From: Thermococcus sp. JdFR-02
GTDB taxonomy: Archaea > Methanobacteriota_B > Thermococci > Thermococcales > Thermococcaceae
DNA: 64,000 nt
Direction: 5' to 3'
Assembly (NCBI GenBank): GCA_002009975.1
Contig: MTLP01000032.1
Coordinates: 32,001-96,000 of the forward strand
Position 1 is the stretch's first letter, and every line of letters begins with the position of its first letter. This document shows, in pieces, positions 1 to 10,784 of this stretch. Both the position numbers and the translations under genes were made by a program. Under the pieces are notes generated by a model. It was given only the letters and a program-made list of their open reading frames with translations, made no database searches and was not told the origin of the DNA.

Positions 1-1115
1 TTAAAGATTAATTTAACGCTTATTGGCTTTCCACCAGGGTAATATTCGGGCTTTGTTGAACCTTTAAATTTTCCAACAACAATGTCCAAGCCTTCCCTCT
101 TAGCCCTCTCTTCTGTCATTCCAAATGTGCCAATTTCAAGCTCAAATAACTCTGTAATTGCAGTATTAAAGACTGGTCTAAACTTAACGCTGCCACCTAA
201 GGCATTAATCGCCGCTACTTTTGCCATTCTAACAGCTGTTGTTCCCAATTGACTTAGTATCCTTTGTCCAGTTACTGCATCAATGACTTCAGCACAGTCA
301 CCAAGTGCATAAATATCCTTATCGCTTGTCCTCAAGTATTCATCAACTACTATTCCCCTGCTAACTTCCAAGCCTGCTTGCTTTGCTAAATCAACATTAG
401 CCCTAACTCCAGTGGCAACTAAAACTAAATCTGCTTCAATCTCTTCCTCTCCAATCTTTACCCTCTCAACTGGACTACCAATTATTTCACTAACTCCAAC
501 ACCAAACTTAAATTGAATTCCCTTTTCTTCCAGGTGCTTTTGAACAATTGAAGCCATGTCCTTATCAAGCATCGTAGGCAATAAATGCTCCAAAAGCTCA
601 ACGACTAAAACCTCTAAACCAAGCTCTTTAAAGGCAACTGCACCTTCAAGCCCAATTAATCCAGCACCGATTACAACAGCTTTCTTTGGTTTCCTCTTTT
701 CAAGATATTCTTTGATCTTGACAACATCATCCATCTTCTTTAGTGTGAAAACGCCTTCATTTTCAACCCCCTTTATTGGAGGGACAAATGCTCTTGAACC
801 TACAGCTAAAATTAGTTTATCATAAGGGACTTCTCCTTTATCGGTAATGACAACCCTCCTTTCCCTATCAATTGCCTTAGCCTCTGTTTCAAGCATTAAC
901 TTAATTTTCTGTCTTTCATAAAAGCTATTTGGAAAAACTACTATATCTTCAAGCTTTGGAATTTTGCCGCTCAAAACAAATGGCAATGCGCAAGGTGAAT
1001 ATTGCATCGTCTTTTCCTTCCCAATGACAATGATCTCCGCTTTTCTGTCGATTTTTCTTGCAAAAAGGGCAAAATTACTCCCAGCAGTCCCAGAACCTAC
1101 GACCACTATACGCAT
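1..1115 (-). CDS. FAD-dependent NADH oxidase / CoA-disulfide reductase family (3' end outside window)
   Basis: Translated by hand from ATG 1115: MRIVVVGSGTAG (FAD GxGxxG), YSPCALP redox Cys, second VVIGAGLIGLE NADH motif; open to the window edge; not in the ORF track. Confidence 0.9.
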   Translation of the reverse strand, partial: MRIVVVGSGTAGSNFALFARKIDRKAEIIVIGKEKTMQYSPCALPFVLSGKIPKLEDIVVFPNSFYERQKIKLMLETEAKAIDRERRVVITDKGEVPYDKLILAVGSRAFVPPIKGVENEGVFTLKKMDDVVKIKEYLEKRKPKKAVVIGAGLIGLEGAVAFKELGLEVLVVELLEHLLPTMLDKDMASIVQKHLEEKGIQFKFGVGVSEIIGSPVERVKIGEEEIEADLVLVATGVRANVDLAKQAGLEVSRGIVVDEYLRTSDKDIYALGDCAEVIDAVTGQRILSQLGTTAVRMAKVAAINALGGSVKFRPVFNTAITELFELEIGTFGMTEERAKREGLDIVVGKFKGSTKPEYYPGGKPISVKLIF

Positions 1116-1185
1116 CAGCACCACCAAAGAAATGGTCATTTAATAGGTATAAAAGGATATCCTTGAAAAGAAGGAAGGAGAAAAG

Positions 1186-1917
<732 letters not shown>

Positions 1918-1933
1918 TCAGTGAATGTAATGC

Positions 1934-2224
1934 TCACGTTTTTTGCTGAAGAGTCTCAGCTAAATTGAGACAAACATCATTAACAAGCCTTTTCCAGCTG
2001 TACTTTCTATGAAGCCATTGCTCAATCTTTAATTGCTCCTTTTCAAGAGATTTTTCAAGATCTTCATAGGTGAGATTGAGAAAAAGCAGAATGTCGCACC
2101 ATTCACATGTTCTCCATAAGTAGTCTGCTAGGTACTTAACGACATTCCTCCTCTTTGCAACCAATCTAACATTTGGTTCAGGAGGAGTAGGCAACTCAAA
2201 CAAGACAGCTTCCATAACTTCCAC
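1934..2224 (-). CDS. Hypothetical protein
   Basis: 96-aa ORF filling the gap between pdhB and pyrH on the same strand; no motif recognised. Confidence 0.5.
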   Translation of the reverse strand: MEVMEAVLFELPTPPEPNVRLVAKRRNVVKYLADYLWRTCEWCDILLFLNLTYEDLEKSLEKEQLKIEQWLHRKYSWKRLVNDVCLNLAETLQQKT

Positions 2225-2288
2225 TGATTATTATTTTGACTTAGTAGTATATAACACTTGACAAATTTAAAAAAATAAGCAGAAGAAA

Positions 2289-3458
2289 CTACCCAATTTG
2301 GAAAGCAGCACTTCTTAGTTCTCCTCTTTCAAATCTATGGGGATCGTACCATTCAAGGTCTAATGGAACTTTTGTAACTCTTCCTTTTACTATGAGCTCT
2401 GCAATTCCCTCACCAACACCTGGAGCCATCATAAAGCCGTGACCGCTGAATCCAGCTGCTATGTAAAATCCATCTATATAGTTAATCTTTCCGATTGCTG
2501 GATTTTTATCTGGTGTCTTTGCATAGAATCCAGCCCATTGTCTAATTACGTGAACATACTTTAAAGCGGGGATTATTGTCGTAGCCCACTTTAAAACTTC
2601 TCTGAGGAACTCATAAGTTGGATTCATATCATAAGTGGGCCCATATTCAAGTCCAGTTCCACAGAGAACTCCTCCGTCTTCTCCATCTTGAAGTACATAG
2701 GAATCATTATAAGCAGGTGGACAGACCAGTGGCTCAATTTGTCCCGGTTCTATTGGCTCGGTTTTTACCAATTGATGCTTATAGGGCTTTATTGGGATTA
2801 ATTCCCTATCTAATCCGGCCATTTCATTTATTATCGGTGCCCAAGCGTTTGCTGCATTGACAACTATATTGGTCTTTATTGTCCCTTTCTCTGTCTTAAC
2901 TCCCCTAATTTCTCCGTTCTCAACGATTATTCCAGTGACTGGAGTGTATTCATAAATTTCAACACCCATCTCTCTTGCTTTCTTTGCAAAGGCAAAAACC
3001 GCTTTGAATGGACAGGCTTTTCCGTCAGTCGGGTTCCATGCTCCAGCAAGCACAAAATCGGTATTTAACGGTGGTACTATCTCCTTAGCTTCTTCTGGTG
3101 TTATTAGCCTTGTAGGAACACCAAATTTATTTTGAAGTTTTATGTTATTCTTAAAGGTCTCAACCTCCTCTTCACTTGTTGCCAAGAATAGGTATCCAGT
3201 TTGCTTAAAGTTTATATCGTACTCGAGTTCCTCACTTAGCTTTTTCCACCTTTCAATGTTGTATTTTTGAAGCTTTATGTTTGCTTCATCCGTGAACTGA
3301 GCTCTTATACCACTTGCACACCTAAACGTAGAACCGCTTCCTAAATAGCCCTTTTCCAATAGAACAACGTCTTCAACTCCCATCTTTGCCAAGTGATAGG
3401 CTATTGAGGTTCCAGTACTCCCTCCACCTATTATGACAACTTCCGCTCTACTCTTCAT
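2289..3458 (-). CDS. pdhB: Dye-linked L-proline dehydrogenase beta subunit (four-subunit complex), DAO/sarcosine oxidase beta family
   Basis: VVIIGGGSTG, GSGSTFRCASGIR, GFSGHGFMMAP; last gene of an alpha/ferredoxin/2Fe-2S/beta operon. Confidence 0.85.
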   Translation of the reverse strand: MKSRAEVVIIGGGSTGTSIAYHLAKMGVEDVVLLEKGYLGSGSTFRCASGIRAQFTDEANIKLQKYNIERWKKLSEELEYDINFKQTGYLFLATSEEEVETFKNNIKLQNKFGVPTRLITPEEAKEIVPPLNTDFVLAGAWNPTDGKACPFKAVFAFAKKAREMGVEIYEYTPVTGIIVENGEIRGVKTEKGTIKTNIVVNAANAWAPIINEMAGLDRELIPIKPYKHQLVKTEPIEPGQIEPLVCPPAYNDSYVLQDGEDGGVLCGTGLEYGPTYDMNPTYEFLREVLKWATTIIPALKYVHVIRQWAGFYAKTPDKNPAIGKINYIDGFYIAAGFSGHGFMMAPGVGEGIAELIVKGRVTKVPLDLEWYDPHRFERGELRSAAFQIG

Positions 3459-3726
3459 CTATCTCACCCACCAAAATTCCTACGGGGACAGGTCTCACAG
3501 GAGTTCTAGTTGCAGGCAACTTAATTTCGTCTGGCTTTCTACCTGTTTTTCTTGCCAAAATGCTTATTATCATTGGCATGCACGTCCTACCTTGACATGG
3601 TCCCATCCCAACCCTTAAAATGCGCTTTATCATCTCTATATCCGTCACTCCCTGATCTATTAGGGCTTCAATTTCTTCTAATGTGACTTCATTACATCTA
3701 CAGATGATGATATCTTTTTTGCTCAT
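3448..3726 (-). CDS. BFD-like (2Fe-2S) subunit of proline dehydrogenase
   Basis: CRCNEV...GMGPCQGRTC; overlaps both neighbours. Confidence 0.85.
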   Translation of the reverse strand: MSKKDIIICRCNEVTLEEIEALIDQGVTDIEMIKRILRVGMGPCQGRTCMPMIISILARKTGRKPDEIKLPATRTPVRPVPVGILVGEIDEE

Positions 3727-4220
3727 TCTCTCACCACCTTAACAGCCCTAACATCCCAAGCAAGCTCTATCGGCATCTCAACTGTGATTACTGGCGTATC
3801 TCCTTTGCTCTTTTCTCTTGGAATTACTAAAACTACCTTTCCTTTTCCTACTTCCTCTCCAATTCTGTTTAGAAGGATAACCTCTTCCCCAATTTCTGGA
3901 ACTGGTAATAGCTCGTGAGGCATCGTTACCCTGGCTTTGTCGCCTTTGTAGTGAATCATGAAGAAAGCCAACCCAGGGCAAATCTGAACACAAAGAGAAC
4001 AGCCAACACATTTTTCATAATCAACGAGTGGAATTGCATTCGGGTTTTCCATGAGAACAGCTTCAGTCGGACAAATTTCTTTACACGGTGTACACGGTAT
4101 TTCTTGCGGGCATTCCGGAATTGCAACCGGTCTTTGTCTTAATCTCTCCTCACTTGGAAGCTCTCCCAATACTTCCTTTAGCTCCTCAATGGTAACATAG
4201 CCCTTTGAGAGGTAGTTCAT
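3723..4220 (-). CDS. 4Fe-4S ferredoxin subunit of proline dehydrogenase
   Basis: CPQEIPCTPCKEICP and CVGCSLCVQICP motifs. Confidence 0.88.
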   Translation of the reverse strand: MNYLSKGYVTIEELKEVLGELPSEERLRQRPVAIPECPQEIPCTPCKEICPTEAVLMENPNAIPLVDYEKCVGCSLCVQICPGLAFFMIHYKGDKARVTMPHELLPVPEIGEEVILLNRIGEEVGKGKVVLVIPREKSKGDTPVITVEMPIELAWDVRAVKVVRE

Positions 4221-5653
4221 TCTACCACCACCTTTTCGAGACCCTTAAGAACCTTCCTTCCAAAGGGTCCACTCCTAAACTCATCCAACTCTTTTTGTGC
4301 TTTCTCAATCTCCTTTAACCACTCTGGAGAAGCAATGCCAGCACTTAAAGCTGCAGCAATTCCCGCAATTTTGCCTTCAAGCATTGCAGTGGTAGCTTCT
4401 TCAATTCCAGCACTATCGCCTGCAACAAAAATTCCTTTAATTGTAGTTTCTAAGCGCTTATCTCTAATTACAACATGTCCTCCAAGTTCTGGAGCGTATT
4501 TTATTTGACATCCAACTTGGTGTAAAAGCTCTATACTTGGTCTCAGACCTACAGCCAAGGCTATAACATCAACTTCAAAGACCTTCTCAGTTCCTGGAAT
4601 TGGCTTCCAATTCTCATCAATTTGCGCAACAATTGCCCTTTCAACTTTTTCTTTCCCCTCAGCCCTCAAAATTGTGTGTCTTGTCAAAATTGGAACACCT
4701 AAGCGTCTAACCTTAGCTGCGTGAACAAAATAACCACCAATCTTTGGCAGTGCCTCAACTATTGCCTTAACCTCAACTCCAGCTTGTATTAATTGATAGG
4801 CTAAAATTAGTCCAACGTTTCCAGCTCCTATTATCAATACTCTATCCCCTGGTTTTACGCCATAGGTATTCATCAAAGTTTGAATTGCTCCGGCTCCATA
4901 AATTCCGGGCAAATCATTGTTCTCAAATGGGATCATTCTTTCCATTGCCCCGGTTGCCACAATAACTGCTTTCCCTCTAAACTCAACAAGCTCTTTGTTC
5001 TTCCTAACGCCCACAACTAATTTTGTGTCATCTTCTTGGAGCAAAGCAATCGCAGAAGTTTCTAAGAAAACTTTGATATTTTCCCTCTTCTTGACTTCCT
5101 CCTCAAGTATGTCAGCAATTTTAACTCCTCTAACTCCTGCAAATTGCTCCCTCTTTCCAAAGAACTTATGAGTTTGCTTAACCAATTGACCGCCAAGCAT
5201 TGGATTTTCATCTAAAAGAGCAACTTTTGCACCTGCATCGCTTGCATAAATAGCCGCCATCAAACCCGCAGGTCCTCCCCCTATAATAACAATATCAGCA
5301 TCTATTTTCTCAGGATCTTTCCACTTCGGCGGTTTTGCTGTTGTCGGCAACTTCGGCTTTGCTTTTTGTTTGGTTATTTGCATCCCATCTTCAACCAAAG
5401 TTATACATGTTCTTACGTTTGGAATCCCATTTACGGTCATTAAACAAGAAGCACACTTCCCAATTGCACAGAAAAGCCCTCTTGGTCTATCCTTTTGGAA
5501 TGTATGTGCTAGAACCCTAATCCCAGCGGCATGTAATGCCATCACTATTGTTTCGCCTTCATAGGCTTCAATCGGCTGTCCCTCGAAATAAATTGTAACT
5601 TTTTTGCCCCGTCTTTCTTGAAAATTCAGAATAGGATGTTCAGTGAGGCGCAT
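4217..5653 (-). CDS. pdhA: Proline dehydrogenase alpha subunit (2Fe-2S plus FAD/NADH oxidoreductase)
   Basis: GLFCAIGKCASC 2Fe-2S motif, IIGGGPAG, VIVATGA, IIGAGNVG, VAGD. Confidence 0.85.
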   Translation of the reverse strand: MRLTEHPILNFQERRGKKVTIYFEGQPIEAYEGETIVMALHAAGIRVLAHTFQKDRPRGLFCAIGKCASCLMTVNGIPNVRTCITLVEDGMQITKQKAKPKLPTTAKPPKWKDPEKIDADIVIIGGGPAGLMAAIYASDAGAKVALLDENPMLGGQLVKQTHKFFGKREQFAGVRGVKIADILEEEVKKRENIKVFLETSAIALLQEDDTKLVVGVRKNKELVEFRGKAVIVATGAMERMIPFENNDLPGIYGAGAIQTLMNTYGVKPGDRVLIIGAGNVGLILAYQLIQAGVEVKAIVEALPKIGGYFVHAAKVRRLGVPILTRHTILRAEGKEKVERAIVAQIDENWKPIPGTEKVFEVDVIALAVGLRPSIELLHQVGCQIKYAPELGGHVVIRDKRLETTIKGIFVAGDSAGIEEATTAMLEGKIAGIAAALSAGIASPEWLKEIEKAQKELDEFRSGPFGRKVLKGLEKVVVE

Positions 5654-5810
5654 GGTAGGTTCACCAATGCAAAATTTAGCTATTTTATGTATATGAAAAT
5701 TTCCTCAATGTTAAGTTTTTCACCTTTGGTTACAGCGCCAAAACATGCAGAATAGAAATTTGACAATTTAAACTTGTTAAAATACAAAAAAGAATTAAAC
5801 AAACAAAAAG

Positions 5811-6944
5811 CTATCCCATTTGTATAGCTTTACTTCTTAACTCTCCTCTTTCAAATCTATATGGGTCATACCACCAAAATGGCAAATTGGTTTTCCCCTT
5901 AGTTATTAGATCAGCGACACCTTCAGCAACTACTGGAGCCATCATGAAGCCATGTCCAGAAAAGCCAGCAACAATGTAATACTCATCAATTTCATTTATT
6001 CTTCCTATTGCTGGATTACTATCTGGCGTCTTAGCATAAAATCCAGCCCAAACTCTTAGTATCCTTAAATCCTTAAGAGCTGGAATTATTTGAATAAACT
6101 GCTTCGTAACTTCTTTTAAGAATTCATAGGTTGGTGTTAAATCGTAGCCATGCTCTTCAAGTCCAACTCCTCCTACAATACCTCCATGGGCTGTTTGAGT
6201 AAGATAAGCATCCCTGTGTTTAAAGGATATCACCATTGGATTAATTTGCCCCGATTTCATTGGTTGGGTAATAATAGCTTGATGCTTATATGGCTCAATT
6301 GGTATAGTAATCGGCACTTCTGCCATTGCATTTATAAGCTTAGCCCAAGCGTTTGTAGCATTTACAACTGTTCCGGTACTAAAGAAGCCCTTATTCGTCT
6401 TTACTCCCTTAATCTCACCGTTTTCCACAACTATATCTTTAACTTCTGTGTATTCATAAATTTTAGCCCCAAGCTCTTTAGCTTCTCTTGCAAATGCCAT
6501 AGTAGCTTTAAAAGGATCAGCCTTTCCATCAGTTGGATTCCATGAAGCCGCTAAAACATCTTCAATGTTCAAAAGGGGTACTATTTCCTTAGCCTCTTCT
6601 GGTGTTATCAGCCTTGTAGGAACACCAAATTTATTTTGAAGTTTTATGTTATTCTTAAAATCTTCAATTTCCTCTTCAGAGTAGAGTAGGAATAAGTAGC
6701 CGCTCTGTGTAAATGGAAAACCAAAATCTTCAGAGTACTTTTTCCAAAGTTCAACTGAGCGCTTCATAACTTGAATGTTTGCCTCATCTCCAAACTGCTG
6801 TCTTATTCCAGTTCCACACCTAAAGGTTGAGCCTGAGCCGATGAATCGCCTCTCTAAGACAGTAACTTCATATCCTCTCTTTGCAAGCTCATAGGCTAAA
6901 GCAACGCCAGTAATTCCACCACCTATGATCGTTACCTCACTCAT
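5811..6944 (-). CDS. Proline dehydrogenase beta subunit, second paralog
   Basis: IIGGGITG, GSGSTFRCGTGIR, GFSGHGFMMAP; clearly paralogous to 2289..3458. Confidence 0.85.
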   Translation of the reverse strand: MSEVTIIGGGITGVALAYELAKRGYEVTVLERRFIGSGSTFRCGTGIRQQFGDEANIQVMKRSVELWKKYSEDFGFPFTQSGYLFLLYSEEEIEDFKNNIKLQNKFGVPTRLITPEEAKEIVPLLNIEDVLAASWNPTDGKADPFKATMAFAREAKELGAKIYEYTEVKDIVVENGEIKGVKTNKGFFSTGTVVNATNAWAKLINAMAEVPITIPIEPYKHQAIITQPMKSGQINPMVISFKHRDAYLTQTAHGGIVGGVGLEEHGYDLTPTYEFLKEVTKQFIQIIPALKDLRILRVWAGFYAKTPDSNPAIGRINEIDEYYIVAGFSGHGFMMAPVVAEGVADLITKGKTNLPFWWYDPYRFERGELRSKAIQMG

Positions 6945-7218
6945 TGGCTATCACCTTTATCTTTACCGGCTTGATCGGTATCCTTGATGTCGGGAGCTTA
7001 ATTTCCTTCATATCCTTTCCAGTCTTTGCACTAATTACCTGAGCTGCTGTAACTATACAATATCTTCCCTGACAGAATCCCATTCCCACCCTCGTTAAAC
7101 GCTTTATTATCTCCAAATCTGTTATTCCCTCATCTAAAACATCTAAAATATCCTTTAGAGTTACGTCACAACCACAGATGAATGTCTTCTCAGGATCAAT
7201 CTTATCTAAGTTTATCAT
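6937..7218 (-). CDS. BFD-like Cys-cluster protein (resembles the C-terminal domain of PDH1 alpha)
   Basis: ICGCDV...GMGFCQGRYC; ATGA overlap with the upstream gene, GGAGGTGG RBS. Confidence 0.8.
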   Translation of the reverse strand: MINLDKIDPEKTFICGCDVTLKDILDVLDEGITDLEIIKRLTRVGMGFCQGRYCIVTAAQVISAKTGKDMKEIKLPTSRIPIKPVKIKVIANE

Positions 7219-8453
7219 ATTACCACCTCCTTTAACAGCTCAGCTTTCTCCCCTATTGCCTTCAAAAACTCTTTTTTCAACTCCTCAGAACTATTTTCTA
7301 TTCCAAAAGACTCTAGAATGTAAGCTCCAACTAATCGTCCTTCTAAATAGTTTAGATAACTTCCCTTTATCCATGAAGCGTTTCCAGCAATATAAATACC
7401 CTCAATGATTTCATGTTTATCATTTCTAAGGGGCAGGTAACCACCAAGTTCCTCCACATAGGTTATCTCTGCTCCTACCTGCTGGGCTAAATTAATTTCC
7501 GGTCTAAAGCCATTGGACATAACTACTGCATCAACCTCATAGACATTTCCTTCTTCATCAATAACCCTTTCAACGCTGTCTTCACCTTCAACCCTAATAA
7601 TTGGCTTTTTAATGGTTATAAAATCTAAACCTGCCCACTCAAACTCTCTAGCAGCTTCTTCAGGATTCTTCCCCACTATTGCTATTTTGTTCCCAGGCTT
7701 TATTCCAAAAACATTGAGAACCTCTAGGGCAAAGTCTATACGAAATACTCCCGGCATGTCATTGTTTTCGAAGAGCATGAAATTTGGGATTGCACCAGTA
7801 GCTATAACTACTTTTTTAGCTCTGATCTCAATGAGTTTGCCTCCTCTCTCAGCTATAATTAAGAAGAAATTTCCATCCTTCAAAATCCCTAAAGCTGTTG
7901 TGCTGGTTAGTGTTCTAACATTCTTTAGCTTTTTTATCAGTTCATTCTTTATTTCCTTTGGAGATTTGCCATCAAACTCCTCTATCGGGACAGTCCTTTT
8001 CCTAAGTTCACCGCCGAGTTTGTCTTTTTCTTCAACGATTATCGCATCAAGTTTATCTTGAACCTCAAGTGCAACCGCTAATCCAGCTATCCCTCCTCCA
8101 ATTATCGCCACATCCGTCACATACAGCTCAGGCTTCTTCTTTCCTTCTTCTCTGGACTCAACTTCTTGTATTTCTTCTAAATACGTTTGTCTTTCAATTC
8201 TCATACCCTCTTTAACCTTGATTTTCCTCGCATCTTGATTCTTAATGCCATTTATCTTTACAAGTGCTGGTCCAAATGCAAAAGCTCCTCTTTTTCTCCC
8301 TATTCCACTTGTAGTTAGCCATCTTATTCCGTTTGCCAAAAGAGCTACTGCAACTTTTTCACCCTCGTAAGCTTCCAGCGGCTTTCCTTCAAAATAGATT
8401 GTAACCCTTTTACCTTCCTTTTTATAGAGATCGAGAGGTCTCATAGCCTTCAC
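7215..8453 (-). CDS. Proline dehydrogenase alpha subunit, PDH1 type (short form)
   Basis: MRPLDL...VTIYFEGKPLEAYEGEK, IIGGGIAG, FENNDMPGVFR; lacks the N-terminal 2Fe-2S cysteines. Confidence 0.8.
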   Translation of the reverse strand: MKAMRPLDLYKKEGKRVTIYFEGKPLEAYEGEKVAVALLANGIRWLTTSGIGRKRGAFAFGPALVKINGIKNQDARKIKVKEGMRIERQTYLEEIQEVESREEGKKKPELYVTDVAIIGGGIAGLAVALEVQDKLDAIIVEEKDKLGGELRKRTVPIEEFDGKSPKEIKNELIKKLKNVRTLTSTTALGILKDGNFFLIIAERGGKLIEIRAKKVVIATGAIPNFMLFENNDMPGVFRIDFALEVLNVFGIKPGNKIAIVGKNPEEAAREFEWAGLDFITIKKPIIRVEGEDSVERVIDEEGNVYEVDAVVMSNGFRPEINLAQQVGAEITYVEELGGYLPLRNDKHEIIEGIYIAGNASWIKGSYLNYLEGRLVGAYILESFGIENSSEELKKEFLKAIGEKAELLKEVVI

Positions 8454-8603
8454 CTATGTAAGAATTTTCAATCAATAACAAACTATGGAACTCGCATAAT
8501 ATAAACTTTAGGTTTACAAATGATAGTGTAAAACAATAGGTTAAGAAAAAACAGAGAAGTTAGGTTTATTTAAACAATAAACTAAAAATTTATGGTGTTG
8601 ATT

Positions 8604-9584
8604 ATGGTCCTAGTCCTAAAAAGAAAAGACTTAGAGAAAATATTGTGCATGAAAGAGGTCATAGATGCCGTGGAAAAGGCTTTTCTCGAGTTTTTTAATG
8701 GAACCGCAAAAGTGCCCTTGCGGACAATAATTGATGTTGAAAAGCACGAAGGAACTATGCTTTACATGCCCTGTTATCTTGAAGGAAACGATGCTTTGGC
8801 AATAAAGATTGTCTCCGTTTATGAGAAGAACCTCAAAAAAAGATTACCTACAATATTCGCGACTGTTCTTGTAAATGATCCTGAAACTGGAAAACCTTTG
8901 GCTATTATGGAAGGAGGTTATTTAACGGCTATGAGAACTGGAGCAACAAGTGGAGTTGCTACAAAATATCTAGCAAGAAAGGATTCCAAGGTTGTTGGAA
9001 TTATAGGTGCTGGAGTTCAGGCAAGAACCCAATTATGGGCAGTTTGTGAAGTAAGACATATTGAAAAGGCTCTTGTTTATGATGTAGATATTAAGAGGGC
9101 AAAGGTTTTTGCAGAAGAGATGAGCAAAAAACTTGGAATCGATATTGAAGTTGCAGAGAATAGTGAGAAAGTTGCCAAAAATTCAGATGTCTTAGTCCTA
9201 GCCACAACTGCAAAGGAACCTGTAATAAATGGAGAGTGGATAAAGGAAGGAACCCACATAACTTCAATTGGATGGGTAGGACCAAAGGGGAGGGAATTAG
9301 ACTCAAAGACTGTAAAGAAATCAAAACTAATTGTTGACTCAAAGGAAGCCGTTCTAAGTGAGTCAGGGGATATAATTATCCCGATAAAAGAGGGAATAAT
9401 TGATAAAAATCATGTCTATGCAGAATTGGGAGAAATAGTGAGCGGAATCAAAAAAGGCAGGGTTTCTGATGAAGAAATCACCCTATTCAAAAGCGTTGGC
9501 TTAGCAATAGAAGATGCCATAACAGCAAAATTAGCTTATGAAAAAGCACTTGAAAAGGGGATTGGCATAGAGATAGAACTTTGA
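8604..9584 (+). CDS. Ornithine cyclodeaminase/mu-crystallin family; probable pyrroline-2-carboxylate reductase (or alanine dehydrogenase)
   Basis: [27 protein letters not shown]; next to proline racemase; start could be 8592. Confidence 0.8.
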   Translation: MVLVLKRKDLEKILCMKEVIDAVEKAFLEFFNGTAKVPLRTIIDVEKHEGTMLYMPCYLEGNDALAIKIVSVYEKNLKKRLPTIFATVLVNDPETGKPLAIMEGGYLTAMRTGATSGVATKYLARKDSKVVGIIGAGVQARTQLWAVCEVRHIEKALVYDVDIKRAKVFAEEMSKKLGIDIEVAENSEKVAKNSDVLVLATTAKEPVINGEWIKEGTHITSIGWVGPKGRELDSKTVKKSKLIVDSKEAVLSESGDIIIPIKEGIIDKNHVYAELGEIVSGIKKGRVSDEEITLFKSVGLAIEDAITAKLAYEKALEKGIGIEIEL

Positions 9585-9657
9585 GTATTTTCTTTTAACA
9601 TTTCTCCATAGATGCATTTATATAAAACAAGTGTTAATACGAATTTTGGTGACATTT

Positions 9658-10653
9658 ATGTTAGCCAAGAATATTTTATACGTTGTTGATACCCACACAG
9701 AAGGAGAACCCACAAGAATCGTTCTCTCTGGTGTAAGTGTTAAGGGAAAAGACATCCTCGAAAAGAGAAGGTATTTTATGGAAAACTACGATTGGGTAAG
9801 AACTGCTGTCTTGCAAGAGCCGAGAGGACATATAGATCAATTTGGAGCAATTGTTTTACCTTCAGATGTTGCAGACTTTGGGCTTTTCTTTATGGATACT
9901 CACGGCTATTTAGACATGTGTGGTCATGGAACTATTGGTGTTGCAACTGCTCTCATTGAGCTTGGAATTGTTGAACCTAAAGAACCTTACACAAATATAA
10001 AGTTTGAGACCCCTGCTGGATTTGTAGAAGCAAAGGTAAGGGTAGAAGATGAGAAAGTCAAAGAAGTCAGTGTAATAGATGTGCCGAGCTTTCATGTTGG
10101 GGAATTTGAAATTAATTATCCGGAAGTGGGAAAGATTAAGGTAGATGTTGCATTTGGCGGTAACTTTTATGTAATAACAGACGCAAGGAACTTTGGACTT
10201 AGAGTTAGAAAAGAATATATAACTAAGCTCATTCCAACAGCTTTAAAGTTAATAAAAGTTGCAAACGAGCAAATAAAAGTTCGTCATCCAAAAGAAGGGG
10301 TCGCAAATGAAATTAGATTAGCCATGCTTACGGACGAGCCTGAGAGAGAAGACGCGGATGGAAAGAATATTGTAATCTGGGGAAAAGGAAGCTTTGATAG
10401 AAGTCCTTGTGGAACGGGAAGTGCTTCAAGGGTGGCAACACTATTCTCCAAAGGGTTGTTGAAAGTTAGGGACACATTTGTTCACGAAAGCATAACAAAA
10501 ACCGTGTTTAGGATTAGAATAGTCGACACAACAAAGATTGGCGAATATAAAGCAATAGTTCCAGAGATAACGGGAAGTGCATACATAACACAAATTTCTC
10601 AAGTGATAATAGACAAAAGAGATCCACTTTGGAGGGGCTTTTTAATAAGATAA
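9658..10653 (+). CDS. Proline racemase / hydroxyproline epimerase
   Basis: [16 protein letters not shown] and DRSPCGTG (both catalytic Cys present); ATG 9658 follows a GGTGA RBS. Confidence 0.9.
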   Translation: MLAKNILYVVDTHTEGEPTRIVLSGVSVKGKDILEKRRYFMENYDWVRTAVLQEPRGHIDQFGAIVLPSDVADFGLFFMDTHGYLDMCGHGTIGVATALIELGIVEPKEPYTNIKFETPAGFVEAKVRVEDEKVKEVSVIDVPSFHVGEFEINYPEVGKIKVDVAFGGNFYVITDARNFGLRVRKEYITKLIPTALKLIKVANEQIKVRHPKEGVANEIRLAMLTDEPEREDADGKNIVIWGKGSFDRSPCGTGSASRVATLFSKGLLKVRDTFVHESITKTVFRIRIVDTTKIGEYKAIVPEITGSAYITQISQVIIDKRDPLWRGFLIR

Positions 10654-10664
10654 AAAGAAAAAGG

Positions 10665-10784
10665 TCAAGCAGAGGCTTTTTCTTTTTCCTTCTCAAGGGC
10701 TAACTTAACAAAATAGATAGTTAGCCCCCAATAGAATCCCAACACAATTATCATTGTTGCTATAACTGAACCTTCCATCTTCAT
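10665..10784 (-). CDS. Small single-TM protein, MetS-like NSS transporter small subunit (39 aa)
   Basis: Translated by hand: MKMEGSVIATMIIVLGFYWGLTIYFVKLALEKEKEKASA*; ATGA overlap with the transporter stop, GGAGG RBS. Confidence 0.75.
   Translation of the reverse strand: MKMEGSVIATMIIVLGFYWGLTIYFVKLALEKEKEKASA

Noticed and set aside
556-825. 89-aa plus-strand ORF and the many similar short antisense or alternate-frame ORFs in the track
   Set aside because: They overlap well-supported genes and have typical antisense composition
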